From Macrostomum lignano (Eukaryota), in the NCBI GenBank assembly GCA_002269645.1, contig NIVC01000061.1, positions 124,001 to 188,000 on the forward strand: a DNA stretch of 64,000 bases, given 5' to 3'. Below, piece after piece: positions 41,601 to 53,895 of this stretch; positions within the stretch are counted from its first letter, which is position 1, and each line of letters opens with the position of its first letter. Below the pieces are notes generated by a model. The model did no database searches, was not told where the DNA came from, and worked only from the letters and a program-made list of their open reading frames with translations. A program made the translations under genes and the position numbers.

Positions 41601-44600
41601 GCCGCCGCCGCCGCCGCCTTGCTCGAGTTTGGAGCGGATGACGGTCTCCTGCGGCTGCAGGTAGAAGCGGAGGATCAACACCATGTCGACTGAGAAGTCC
41701 ACGTCGTAGAAGACGGCCTCCTGCTGGCCGAACACGTGGTAGGAGCTCTTGAAGTTCGAGCGGACAGCCGAGGTGGAGGCGGTGACGGGCGAATTGGAGG
41801 CCGACACCACCTGGCCGTCGCTGGCATAGTAGGCTGACAGGCGCAGCTTGGCGGTGCCCGGCTCCGCGTGCTTCACCCGGTCCACCTGGAAGCCCAGGAT
41901 GCGCTCCGCCTGGGTCAGGTCGTCCGTGTCCTGCCTGCGAGAGGGTGGGTGGGGAATGAGGACCCAGTGAGGACCTCGCTGGCCGTAACCGTAAATGAAC
42001 CGGAAATAAACAAATAGCGAAGTCTTTCTGGTCAAAAAGGACCTCGCTGACCCACTAAGGACTTCGCTGACCCAATAAGGACCTCGCTGACCCAGTAAGG
42101 ACCTCGCTAACTCAGTAAAGACCTCGCTGACCCAGTAAGGACCTCGCTGACCCAAAAAGAATCTCGCTGACCCAGTAAGGACCTCGCTGACCCAGTAAGG
42201 ACCTCGCTGACCCAGTAAGGACCTCGCTAACTCAGTAAGGACCTCGCTGACCCAGTAAGGACCTCGCTGACCCAATAAGAATCTCACTGACCCAGTAAAG
42301 ACCTCACTGACCCACTAAGGACTTCGCTGACCCAGTAAGGACTTCGCTGAGCTAGTAAAGACCTCGCTGACACACTAAGGACCTCGCTGACCATGACAGA
42401 ATCTCGGTGACTCACAGCTCCTCCAGCTCAGCCTCCAAGTCATCATCTGCGCCGACGACGTCGCTCTTGTCGTCTCGCTCGGCAGTCGGGGTGCTCCGCT
42501 GGGACACCGGAGGCGATGGCGCGCTGGGCGCTGCCGCTGCGATGGCGGCCGCCGCTCCCGTCAGGCCGCTGCCGTGGCCGACGCCGGTGGTGCCGGGGGC
42601 CGCCTGGGTCAGCAGCAGCGACCTGGGATCCCCGGCCTGCCGCCCGTGCGCCGAGGGGAACGAGTACAGATTGGTGTTGCTGGGCTGCGGAATGAAGGCG
42701 TCCTGGGCTGGGCCGTCTCTGGGCGGATGATGGACATGGGATGCTGCGTGTTACAGAATAGGCGCTTCGGCCTTGGAGACGGAAAACTCAATTAAACGAA
42801 TTTTCGCCTCTATGTTCACCTCTCTGTCAAGAACAAATATCGAAGCCACTAGTTACTAACTACTTACCTTTTTAGCTCTACTAGCTTTCTGAGGAGTACT
42901 CATTGTATATGGAGCTGTACTCACTTTATATGGAGCTGTCACTCCCTTTAAGACCATTTAATCCTGTTTGAGAAGCTGTAAATCCTGTATGCAAAGCTGA
43001 AAATCCCGTGCAATCTTACATCCAATACAAATTGTTTTAAAATACCACGGTATCCATGGCAGCCAGAAGCGCCATAGGAGAAGCCGATCGCTCACCTGGC
43101 GTTGGCCACGCGCACGTGCAGGATGGCGTTGCCCCACTGCGGCACGCTGTTTAGCTGGGCCGGCCCCGCGTCCGGCTTGATGGGCAGAATCCGCAGCGGC
43201 AGCTTGAACCGGCCGGACACCAGCCGCCTCTCCGAGTCGAACAGCCCCAGCCGGGTCCACGCCCTGGAGAACAGGTGCCGGCTGGAGGTCTCCCGGCACT
43301 GCAGCTCCAGCACCGTGCCCATGCCCGGCAGCGGGCTCGCCCTCGGCACCGGCTGCTTGTGCGCCAGCAGGGCGTGCGTGACGCCGCTGTCCACCGCTTC
43401 GCCGCGGATGTCCTCGGTGCGGACCAGCGGGTGAACGGCCGGCTCGCCAAGCTCCTTGGAAATTTTGGGGTGCTTCTTTTGTGATTTCGGACACAGGTTA
43501 ACCACGAACACTGGTTATCAAATCTCGGAAACAGGAAATTTTTGTTGCTTTCTATTAATTGCCTCCGACAATGTCTAGTCTCGGACACCTTCTAACCTCG
43601 GACACTGTCTAGCCTCTAAAACTTTCTAACTTCGGACACTGTCTAGCCTCTAAACCTTTTTTTAACCTCGGACGCTGTCTAGCCTCGGACACTTTCTAAC
43701 CTAGGACACTGTCTAGCCTCGGACACTTTCTTACCTCGGACACTGTCTAGCCTCGGACACTTTCTAACCTAGGACACTGTCTAGCCTCGGAAACTTTCTA
43801 ACCTAGGACACTGTCTAGCCTCGAACACTTTCTAACCTCCGACAATGTCTAGCCTCGGACACTGTCTAGCCTCGGACAATGTCTAGCCTCGGACACTTTC
43901 TAACCTCGGACACTGTCTAGCCCCTAAAACTTTCTAACCTCGGACACTGTCTAGCCCCTAAAACTTTCGAACCTCGGACACTGTCTAGCCTTGAACACTT
44001 TCTAAACCCGGATAACCTCGGACACTGTTTATCACCGGACATGGATCTCGGACACTAATAATACTTAGCCAGTTACTAATCTAGGTTTACTAGCTAATAT
44101 CGGACACTGTCCGATCACCTGATTGCCAGCATGCAAGCTCATTATGAGCCGGACCGCATTGACATGGACGTCCAGTCCGGTGATGAAGTCCATGTACAGG
44201 ATGAAGCCCTGGCTGGGGTCGTAGAAAGTCGGAGCCAGGGGGTCCTGGCGCAGCTCCGGCGGCGGCTGCACCACGGGCTGGTAGAATTTCACGTCTTTGT
44301 AGACCGGCTCCTCCGGCGCCGGGAGGTCGGGGGGCGTCTTTTTGACCGACGGGGCCGCAGCCGACGAAGCAGCAGCCGCCGCCGGAGTTGCCGCCGGATG
44401 TGCCTAAAAGTTGAGAGTGCATGCTAAAAACTTCTAAACACCATTTACCATTGACATTTCGGTAATAAATAACAATTTGAAAAGACAAAAGCATCAGATT
44501 TTTCTAACCGTTGAGTAGACCTGCTTCAGAATTATATTTATCTTCATTAAACAGACAGACAGACAGACACACACACACACACACACACACAGACACAGAC

Positions 44601-47600
44601 ACAAAGACACAGACAGACACACAGACAGACAGACAGACACAACAGACAGACACAGACACACACACAGACACACAGACACAGACACAGACACACACAGAGA
44701 CAGACACAGACACAGACACAGACACAGACACACAGACACACAGACACACAGACACAGACACAGACACACAGACACAGACACAGACACACACACACACACA
44801 GACACACAGACACAGACACACAGACAGACACACATAGACACAGACACAGACACACAGACACACAGACAGACACACAGACAGACACACAGACAGACACACA
44901 TAGACACAGACACAGACACACAGACACACAGACAGACACACAGACAGACACACAGACAGACACACATAGACACAGACACAGACACACAGACACACACACA
45001 CAGACACAGACACACAGACAGACACACACAGACACAGACACACAGACACAGACACACAGACACACAGACAGACACACACAGACACACACACACAGACACA
45101 GACACACAGACACAGACACACAGACACAGACACAGACACAGACACAGACACAGACACAGACATTCAACCTTCTGCATCGCTCAGCGATAGGCCCAGCAGA
45201 TCCCTGCAGCACTGCTTGCTGATGGAAGTCTGGGCGCGCATGAAAGCAAGCAGATAAAATATTTTTCTTACAGACTATTAAGAATTTAGGTAATAAGATT
45301 TAGTATATTGTGATTCAATAGACAGACAAGAGCAAATGCAAGAATACATTTAAACAAAAGGCTTAGCAGCAGCAGTGCAGATGTACAAAGATAGGCACAC
45401 GCTGTGTGAATTGTCGTACACATAAGTATAGACATGTACATGTTGCCAAAGTGACAGGCAGGTGAGCAGCGATGACTGTGTAGATAGCGAAGAAACCCAA
45501 TACAATTTAGAACAAACCTTGATGTCAACAGAGCCTGAAAGTATGGAAATGAAATTATTGTCCGAACAGAATCTCAATTATACATTACTTTAATCAGATA
45601 AAAGGTATCTAGTGCTTAATGTGATACCAAACACCCACTACCCGATACCCAATACCCAATACCCGATACCCGATACCCGATACCCAATACCCGATACTCA
45701 ATACCCGATACCCAATACCCAATACCCAATACCCGATACCCAATACCCGATACTCAATACCCAATACCCAATACCCAATACCCGATTCCCGATACTCAAT
45801 ACCCGATAACCGATACCCAATACCCAATACCCGACACTCAATACCCGATACCCAATACCCGATACCCGATACTCAATACCCAATACCCGACACTCAATAC
45901 CCGATACCCAATACCTGATACCCGATACTCAATACCCAATACCCGACACTCAATACCCGATACCCAATAGTCGATACTCAATACCCAATACCCGACACTC
46001 AATACCCGATACCCAATAGTCGATACTCAATACCTGATACCCGATACTCAATACCCGATAACCCAATATCCAATACCCAATACCCGATACCCGATACCCA
46101 GTACCCGATACCCGATACCCAAGACACAAGGGCAGCCACGGTCAGCCGCTTCTCCCGCTTACCGCAGCACCCGCGCCGCCACCGCCAGCCTCCGAGGCCG
46201 AGTCACCAGTCGGCGTCGCCGGCGCCTGACGACCGGCGCGCCCGTTTTTCAACCGCCTGCCGATCGGCTGTGGCGCCTGGCGCCACGGCTGTAACTCCGG
46301 CAGCTGGCGCGGGGTCGCCGCCGCAGCAGCAGGTGGGGGGTTGCCAAACTGCGCCGTAGCAGCGCCGAAGCCGCCGGTGCCGCCAGCCGGGCCGCCGAAG
46401 CCGCCGAAGCTTCTAGCCGATGGTGCAGCGTCGGCCGCTTCAGTGTTGGCGAAAGCTGGACGGGCAGGTCGGGAGGGTGAAGCGAATTTCAAGGGGTAAT
46501 TTTTTGTTGACATCTAGCTGGACGCCATCCTTGCCTCCCCATCCCTGCCTCCCCATCCCTGCCTCCCCATCCCTGCCTCCCCATCCCTGCCTCCTCATCC
46601 CCTGCCTCCCAATCCCTGCCTCCTCATCTCTGCTTCTCCGCCCCTGCCTCCTCATCCCCTGCCTCCCCATCCCCTGCCTCCCCATCCCCTGCCTCCCCAT
46701 CCCCTGCCTCCCCATCCCCTGCCTCCCCATCCCCTGCCTCCCCATCCCCTGCCTCCCCATCCGCTGCCTCTCCATCCCTGCCTCCACATCCCTGCCTCCT
46801 CATCCCCTGCCTCCCGATCCCTGCCTCCCCATCTCTGCCTCCTCATCCCCTGCCTCCCGATCCCTGCCTCCCCATCTCTGCCTCCTCATCCCCTGCCTCC
46901 CGATCCCTGCCTCCCCATCTCTGCCTCCTCATCCCCTGCCTCCCCATCCCTACCTCCCCATCTCTGCCTCTCCACCCCTGCCTCCCCATCTCTGCCTCTC
47001 CTTCCCTGCCTCCCCATCCCCAGCCTTTCCATCACTGCCTACCCATCCCATGAATCCCAGGCTCGCACAGACCTCGCATCACTTCGCGGTTTCTCTCCTG
47101 CAGGGCCTGCAAATCTTCGTACAGCCGGCGATTCTCCGCATCCAGCAGGGCAGCCTGGCGACGCTTTTGGGCCTCTGTTTGAGGAGCAGGGAGTGCGCTG
47201 AGCAGGTTTGGCGATGCAATCGCAGGTTCAAAAATCAAAACTGTCAAAGCAGTTATGATCAAAATTGCTAAAGCTGTTAAAGCTGATGTGAGCCCCGCTG
47301 TTCAATGTACTCTCGCTCCCGCCAGCCAACTTAACCATTCGGCCCTTGCAATATTCAAACCCCCACCCCATTCAGTTCTTCTCTCCTCTGCAGCCAATCG
47401 GCTTGAGCTTTGGCCCTTCTAGCATTATGTACATCGTATTGCATATCGATCGATCACAATATATAATAGCACGCAAGGCTAAGTGGAGGCCTGAGCTTTT
47501 TTCCAGTCGCAATTAATTGAGCCTTTACAGCTGATAAATCATAAAACTTTCAAGCTTCGGGTCATTATAAAAAATCAAAGCTGGGATCGTAAAACTGTCA

Positions 47601-50600
47601 AAGCTATGGTCATAAACTGCCAATGCTATGGTCATAAACTGTCAAAGCTATAGTCATAAACTGCCAAAGCTATGGTCATAAACTGTCAAAGCTATGGTCA
47701 TAAACCTGTCAAAGCTATGGTCATAAACCTGTCAAAGCTATGGTCATAAACTGCCAAAGCTATGGTCATAAACTGCCAAAGCTATGGTCATAAACCTGTC
47801 AAAGCTTTGGTCATAAACTGCCAAAGCTATGGTCATAAACTGTCAAAGCTATAGTCATAAACTGTCAAAGCTATGGTCATAAACCTGTCCAAGCTATGGT
47901 CATAAACCTGTCAAAGCTATGGTCATAAACTGTCAAAGCTATGGTCATAAACTGTCAAAGCTATGCTCATAAACCTGCCAAAGCTATGGTCATAAACCTG
48001 TCCAAGCTATGGTCATAAACCTGTCAAAGCTATGGTCATAAACCTGCCAAAGCTATGGTCATAAACCTGTCTAAGCTATGGTCATTAACCTTTCAAGGCT
48101 ATGGTCATAAAACCTGTCAAAGCTATAATCATAAACATGTCAAAGCTACCAGTATGCTCATAAACCTGTCAAAGCTATGCTCATAAATGTTGAAAAAATA
48201 AGGGCAGCGCTAAGAAGCCTGACCTTCTTTTTCTCGTCTCCAAGGCTGCCTATCGTTCTTGATTCTCTCCAGCTCGAGCGCCTCGTTCATCATGTCCGTC
48301 ATGCGCTTCAACGTCTGCGCGTCCGCGCCTCCATTGGCGATGTAAAACTGGCGCAGCGAGGAGATCTCGTTCAGGATCGACTCAGCGTGGTATGAGGTGC
48401 TGCAGATTTGAATTCGCGCCAAAATAGGACTATTTGGGAATCATAAAAAATAGGTTTGAGAGACGGGTCGCTAAGGCTAGTCTAGTTACCAAGGCCAGCT
48501 TCCGTTACTAATGTGAAACTATTGTTGATAAGGTAAATATACTACAGTTAAGTTAAATATCCAGTAGCTAGGGTAAACACCCAAACACCCGTTGCTATGG
48601 TAAGCATCGTGTTGTAAAAATAAGCTATGTTGCAAATGAAAGCATCGTGTTTGGTGAAATTTTTTTGGCTAAGGTAAACATTATGTTGCTAAGGTAAATA
48701 TCATGTTGTTAGGGTAAGCATGATGTTGCTAACGTAAACATTATGTTGCTAAGATAAACATAATGTTGCTAGGGTAAACATTGTGTTGCGAAGGTAAACA
48801 TCATGTTTCTAGGGTAAGCATCATGTTGCTAAGGTAAACATTATGTTGCTAAGGTAAATCTCATGTTGCTAGGGTAACAACCATGTTGCTAGGGTAACAA
48901 TCATGTTGCTAGGGTAACAATCATTTTGCTAGGGTAACAATCATTTTGCTAGGGTAACAATCATGTTGCTAGGGTAACTATCATGTTGCTAGGGTAACTA
49001 TCATGTTGCTAGGGTAACAATCATTTTGCTAGGGTAACAATCATGTTGCTAGGGTAACTATCATTTTGCTAGGGTAACAATCATGTTGCTAGGGTAACTA
49101 TCATTTTGCTAGGGTAACTATCATTTTGCTAGGGTAACAATCATGTTGCTAGGGTAACTATCATTTTGCTAGGGTAACTATCATGTTGCTAGGGTAACAA
49201 TCATGTTGCTAGGGTAACTATCATGTTGCTAGGGTAACTATCATGTTGCTAGGGTAACAATCATTTTGCTAGGGTAACAATCATGTTGCTAGGGTAACTA
49301 TCATTTTGCTAGGGTAACAATCATGTTGCTAGGGTAACTATCATTTTGCTAGGGTAACTATCATTTTGCTAGGGTAACAATCATTTTGCTAGGGTAACAA
49401 TCATGTTGCTAGGGTAACAATCATTTTGCTAGGGTAACAATCATGTTGCTAGGGTAACTATCATTTTGCTAGGGTAACAATCATGTTGCTAGGGTAACTA
49501 TCATGTTGCTAGGCTAGGTTCCCATTCCCGGTTGCGAACCTCGGCTGCCTGGACAGCTCCGCCCCGGCCAGTGCGTCCTGGACGGCCCGGTTCGCCCGGT
49601 CCACATCGTCCACTTTTTCCTCGCGACGCGCAGCCAGTTCCATCTGGCGTCGAAGGCCGCGCGCGCTGTCCGCCTGGCGCCGATCGATTCGGTCGGCCAG
49701 TTCGGCCACGCGCGCCTTCTCCCCGGTGGCCAACTCCTCTAGGCGCCGGTTGAGCGCCAAGCGCTGCTGCTCGAGCACCTGACGGCGCCGCTGCAGCGCC
49801 TGCGAAAATGGAAGGATGAGAGGCATTTGACTGGAGTCCTGCTAAAAGGCGAAGCTCTTGATTAGTTCATAGGGCCTGTAGATTGCTGTCAAAGTCTCCG
49901 GATTGCTGTCAGGGTCTCTAGATTGCTGTCAGAGTCTCTGGATTGCTGTCAGGGTCTTTGGATTGCTGTCAGGGTCTTTGGATTGCTGTCAAATCTCTAG
50001 GTTGCTGTCAGGGTCTCTAGATTGCTGTCAGGGTCTCTAAATTTCTGTCAGGGTCTCTAGATTGCTGTCAGGGTCTCTAGATTGCTGTCAGGGTCACTAG
50101 ATTGCTGTCAGGGTCTCTAAATTTCTGTCAGGGTCTTTAGATTTCTGTCAGGGTCTCTAGATTGCGAGAGTCAGACGCATTTACCACTGAGCTGCTCCTC
50201 CCCTGTCAGGGTGCCTAGAGCAGTCCAAATGTCTACAGATAGGCTTCATGGCCTCTAGATTATTGTTGATGTCTCAAGAGGAAAGTCTGGGCCTCCAAGC
50301 CGATGTCAGTGTCTGCAGTTGGCTTTCAATGTCTCACGACGGGGCTTTCAATGTCTCACGACGGCTTCCAGAATCTGTAGATTGTCTCACCTGCAGGTCT
50401 GAACGCAGCTGCGGCTCCTTGGCGCGCTGGCGCTCCAGACGGCGCGCATTGTAGTCGCGCGCGTCGGACCCAGCCGGCAACGATGCTTCCGAAGCGCGAC
50501 TGGCGGCGCGCGGCGAGGCCGCCACAGCGGTAGCCTCGGCCATGGCCATCTCGGAGGCGGCCCGGCGGCCGTTGATGTCCCGCAGGCTGCGCAGGATTTG

Positions 50601-50706
50601 CGCCTCTTCGGCCTCGCGCAGCTCGCGCAGCTCCCGCCGCCGGCGCTTCATCGCCTCCAGCTGGGAGGCCAGCGCTGCGTCGGCTTCAGTCATGTGCGGG
50701 CTGAAG
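35623..50706 (-). CDS. CCDC17: Long CCDC17-like protein (~1,470 aa): coiled coil, CCDC17 C2-like region and long C-terminal extension; 14 exons
   Basis: Exons 50706-50391, 49799-49540, 48399-48224, 47174-47073, 46455-46163, 44403-44119, 43454-43096, 42718-42416, 41934-41240, 40480-40065, 39647-39474, 38755-38261, 36715-36218, 35664-35623; every junction is phase-compatible. [26 protein letters not shown] and [21 protein letters not shown]...[20 protein letters not shown] match recalled CCDC17 segments. The 5' end may lie further upstream. Confidence 0.75.
35700..36170. repeat. 15-bp CT-rich minisatellite (CTCTCTCCCCTCCCA)
   Basis: Visible; fills the last intron of the CCDC17-like gene. Confidence 0.95.
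36900..37320 (+). promoter_or_regulatory. Pol II promoter-like cassette (4 CCAAT boxes, E-box, TATA, downstream donor) antisense within an intron; possibly an LTR remnant
   Basis: CCAAT at 36909, 36953, 37038, 37065; CACGTG at 36958; TATAAATA 37195-37202; G|GTAAGC at 37310. Confidence 0.4.
37845..38150. repeat. Degenerate ~25-bp repeat with GGTTGCTAGGG core
   Basis: Visible. Confidence 0.85.
38780..39400. repeat. 26-27-bp minisatellite (GAATGGAAACCGGAAGTGAACATGT)
   Basis: Visible. Confidence 0.93.
39715..40058. repeat. 10-bp repeat (GTAGGTTGGA)
   Basis: Visible. Confidence 0.93.
40670..41210. repeat. G-rich ~20-24-bp minisatellite (GGCAGATTCGGTAGATCGGG)
   Basis: Visible. Confidence 0.93.
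41990..42395. repeat. 20-bp minisatellite (GGACCTCGCTGACCCAGTAA)
   Basis: Visible. Confidence 0.93.
43570..44030. repeat. 17/34-bp minisatellite (CCTCGGACACTGTCTAG / CCTCGGACACTTTCTAA)
   Basis: Visible alternating subunits. Confidence 0.9.
44550..45162. repeat. Compound (CA)/(GACA)/(GACACA) microsatellite
   Basis: Visible. Confidence 0.97.
45635..46120. repeat. 7-bp-based repeat (ATACCCG/ATACCCA)
   Basis: Visible. Confidence 0.95.
46520..47030. repeat. 14-15-bp minisatellite (CCCTGCCTCCCCATC)
   Basis: Visible. Confidence 0.95.
47590..48180. repeat. 22-23-bp minisatellite (AAAGCTATGGTCATAAACTGTC)
   Basis: Visible. Confidence 0.95.
48540..49512. repeat. 20-bp minisatellite (TCATGTTGCTAGGGTAACAA): 32 homogeneous units at 48861-49500 plus a degenerate upstream part
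   Basis: Visible; the unit contains an X-box-like motif. Confidence 0.97.
49880..50165. repeat. 21-bp minisatellite (GATTGCTGTCAGGGTCTCTAG-type)
   Basis: Visible. Confidence 0.9.
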
Positions 50707-52301
50707 CTGCGGGAGCGACTCAAGCGTCTTTTCAAATGGCAAATTTTAATTGAACTATGTTTCACCTAATAGTAGTTTGAATGCTTGTTAAACAACATAT
50801 TATTAACTGATTGCTCCATTTTTATTGTTAAATATTTAACAGAATGCAAAAATCATCCATTCAGAAATATTAAAATACTTAATTTTTTGATTACTTGAAA
50901 TTATAAGTATTATTATTAACCAGTTTATTTTTTTTTTTCAAAGTATAATATCGTTCATTTCAAATGCTATGTAGAAATTACACATAATATATAAATGCAT
51001 CTATGTACAAATTTAAATTTACTTTCATTAGAGATGATCCTTTCTATACTTGTTAACCTGCAATCTTCACGCAATTTAAAACAAGTAAACCTATGATTTT
51101 TTTATTTTATGATACTACTATATTTTAAAAGTTCAATTGTTTGAGATTCATACAAAGCAGAAAAATGTTATTCTTTTACTGTGATTATAGCTAGGTAGCA
51201 TTAAAATTAGGAGATTGGAAAAGATTTATGCTGCATATTTTGAAGCAGAGACTAGATAGGGCTATAGAGCATGAATAAAACATTAATAACAATACTATAA
51301 AAAAATTTATGATAGATAGTGTCGTGAGACATGTTGTGCATACATGAGGTCAAAGTAACAAGGTTCCACTGATCAATTACTCCGAGATAGTATGGCGATT
51401 TCATAACTACGCGTTATTCATCAATAAGGTAAAGTAAAAATGCTTATCACCTGAAGAGTAAGCCTGTACAAATTTGTAATTAATATTTAATATTTTTACT
51501 TTGACTTTATTTATTCTTTGACTAAGTAAGGTAGTTAATTTTTAATTAATATTAACGAATTTTAGTTTTTAAAACACATTCACAACATACGGTTCCTAGT
51601 CATTTCGTCATCTGCCATTTCGTCATCTGGGTGTCTGGGGTGCTCACCTCAACTATGGTCACTTCGTCATCTTAAATAACATGCACTACCTGAAGAGAGT
51701 CATTTCGTCATCCAACGATCATATTCGTTCCAACTTCAAGTGAATTAATGTAACAATCAAACATATCTTGGAATCCTAATGATCCTAGTCATTTTGTCAT
51801 CTTAATTGGTAAAACCTGTCGATCGATGGGTTCTGCTTGCCGCAGCTTATCGGATTTTACTTAGTAAAACGGAGAAGTTAGGAACGTTAAAAAAGCATAC
51901 TACGCCAGCTATGATAATAAAATATTCTTATCTTTGAGCTTTAAACTTGCTTAAAGAGAATTTATAAAATTAATTAAATATTATCCGCACGATAGCACAG
52001 CTTTCAATAACAATTTTTTGCAGAACTTGTTTTAATGGTAAAAAACCGGAAATACATGCTGACTAAATTGCTTATTATGAACGTACAGAAAAAAACTACA
52101 TACAGTAAGTTCCTTTTCAGGGCTCGTAAGTTAGTTGTTCACAAGTTCTTTAACCTTAATTGAATTTAAACTCTAATTAAAGCGGTGGGCTTAAAATTGC
52201 AATTTTTATACGAACATGTGCATGTACAGCTGACTGCAGGATACATACATGCATTATACTCCATATATCAAAATGTACATATGTATTTGTGTGGGTATAT
52301 G

Positions 52302-53086
52302 CAGTGCTGGGCAAGTTAATAATTTTTTTATTTCGTTAAAATTTAAAAAGCTAATTCAATTGCTCCAAAAAATTAACTGTAACTAGTTAATTATTTAACT
52401 TTTGCCAAAAATTTAACTTTTGAAAAGTTAAAAGTTAAAGTTAATAATTACCTAACGGAAAAAGTGACATTTTCCCGGACATGCGTCCGGCGCGTTTTTT
52501 AAATTTCAGGTCGGCGCGGTGCGGCTGTGGCCAGGTCGCGGCGCGCGGTGGCGCGACGCAGCGCAGGAGGTCGTGCGGCGGCGCGGGAAGGCGCAGTATG
52601 GTGCAACGCGACAAGGAAATATCAAGGAGCAGCGCAGCAGGAAAGGCAGAAGATCATTACATGTATACAACGATAACTTCTAGTAGTCCTTGGGTAGAAT
52701 ATCAATAGATAATAGTTGAAGATTCCAGAATCTTCCGGAATATTCTATACATTATAACTTGTAACTGCAGAAATAATATACATGTAATAGTTTGTGACGC
52801 GTTAATAATGCTTAGAAAGGCGAAGTTATTTTATGTATGTATAAACTTTACTTTTTAATGGCATACAAGCTGTTGAAACCCGCGGATTTTGAGCCCGGGG
52901 AACTCCATTTCTCAGAATTCTTAATTTTGTCATTTAACTTTAACTTACAGAAAAAAATTAACGATTAATTGTAATTAAATGTAAAAGTTAATACATAAAA
53001 AATTTCACGAAAATTTCACGATTTTTAAAAAAATTTAACTAGTTAATTAACTAGTTAAACAATTAACTAGTTAACGCCCAGCACTG
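52302..53086. mobile_element. Non-autonomous hAT-type DNA transposon (785 bp)
   Basis: 11-bp TIR CAGTGCTGGGC / GCCCAGCACTG; 8-bp TSD GGTATATG at 52294-52301 and 53087-53094; subterminal AGTTAA/TTAACT repeats at both ends. Confidence 0.88.
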
Positions 53087-53769
53087 GGTATATGTACATT
53101 ACATGTACGTTTTAATAGTAGGACTGATTATGGACGATAAGAATAAGGATAAGAGTAAATGCCAATTAAATTGCTCATTGTTAAAAAATAGAGACAGGGA
53201 GTGAATAAGTTTAGCGAAGGAAATACATACTTCTCTAATTTTTAAGAACGACAATCACTCATTCACATATTACATACATGGGCTTGTACATGTACTGCTG
53301 CAAGTCGTCTTTGACTTCTTACATCTATACAATTTAAGTAAAAATTACTTACTCTATGGTGTTACACAGTATGGGACTGCATGCATGTGGTCTGGTCCCG
53401 GCGTCCGGCCGGAGGATTTGCGGCGTCGTCGTCGTGGGCTTGCCTTGGCTGCCTTTCGTTCTGTGAGACCCTCCCCGACCGCCAGAGGGCGGCGTTAATC
53501 TAGGCGGTGGTCGAGACCGTCCTGTTGTACCTGGACCTGTTGAGACCTGGACGCTGACGGAGTCGCTAGAGCAACAAGTTGGCGCGGCGCATGCTGGTCT
53601 GCTTGGGTCTCTCAACAGTGTCAGAGAAAGTTAATCACACTATTTTGTGCCTCACATGCTGCTCTAACGACGCATTAATCGATTTTTCATGTTAAATCGG
53701 TCTTGTCATCATTTTAAACGTTGTTTCAAGTGACATGAAATGATTTAACATGAAAAATCCTTCTACTAA

Positions 53770-53895
53770 GTTGTCCTTGGCAAACCTCGGTGAGAAAAAA
53801 ACTCGGCGGGCAACTCGATCACTCGCGGGCAAATTGCACTGCGGGCAAATCTCGGCAGGCAATTCTCTGCGGTAAATTCGTCTGCGGGCATTTCT
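53770..53895. repeat. Dispersed repeat copy 1 (GCGGGCAA[AT]T subrepeats)
   Basis: Its reverse complement matches 59660-59740. Confidence 0.7.

Noticed and set aside
45169-45229. Possible extra 61-nt exon of the CCDC17-like gene (CAG...GTTGAA)
   Set aside because: Length breaks the frame between flanking phase-0 exons; left out pending RNA evidence.
51589-51800. GTCATTTCGTCATC subrepeats (also at 55241) suggestive of a transposon end
   Set aside because: No matching opposite terminus or TSD found.
53349-53615. GC-rich minus-strand ORF as upstream exon of the CCDC17-like gene
   Set aside because: No recognisable motif or convincing phase-2 donor.
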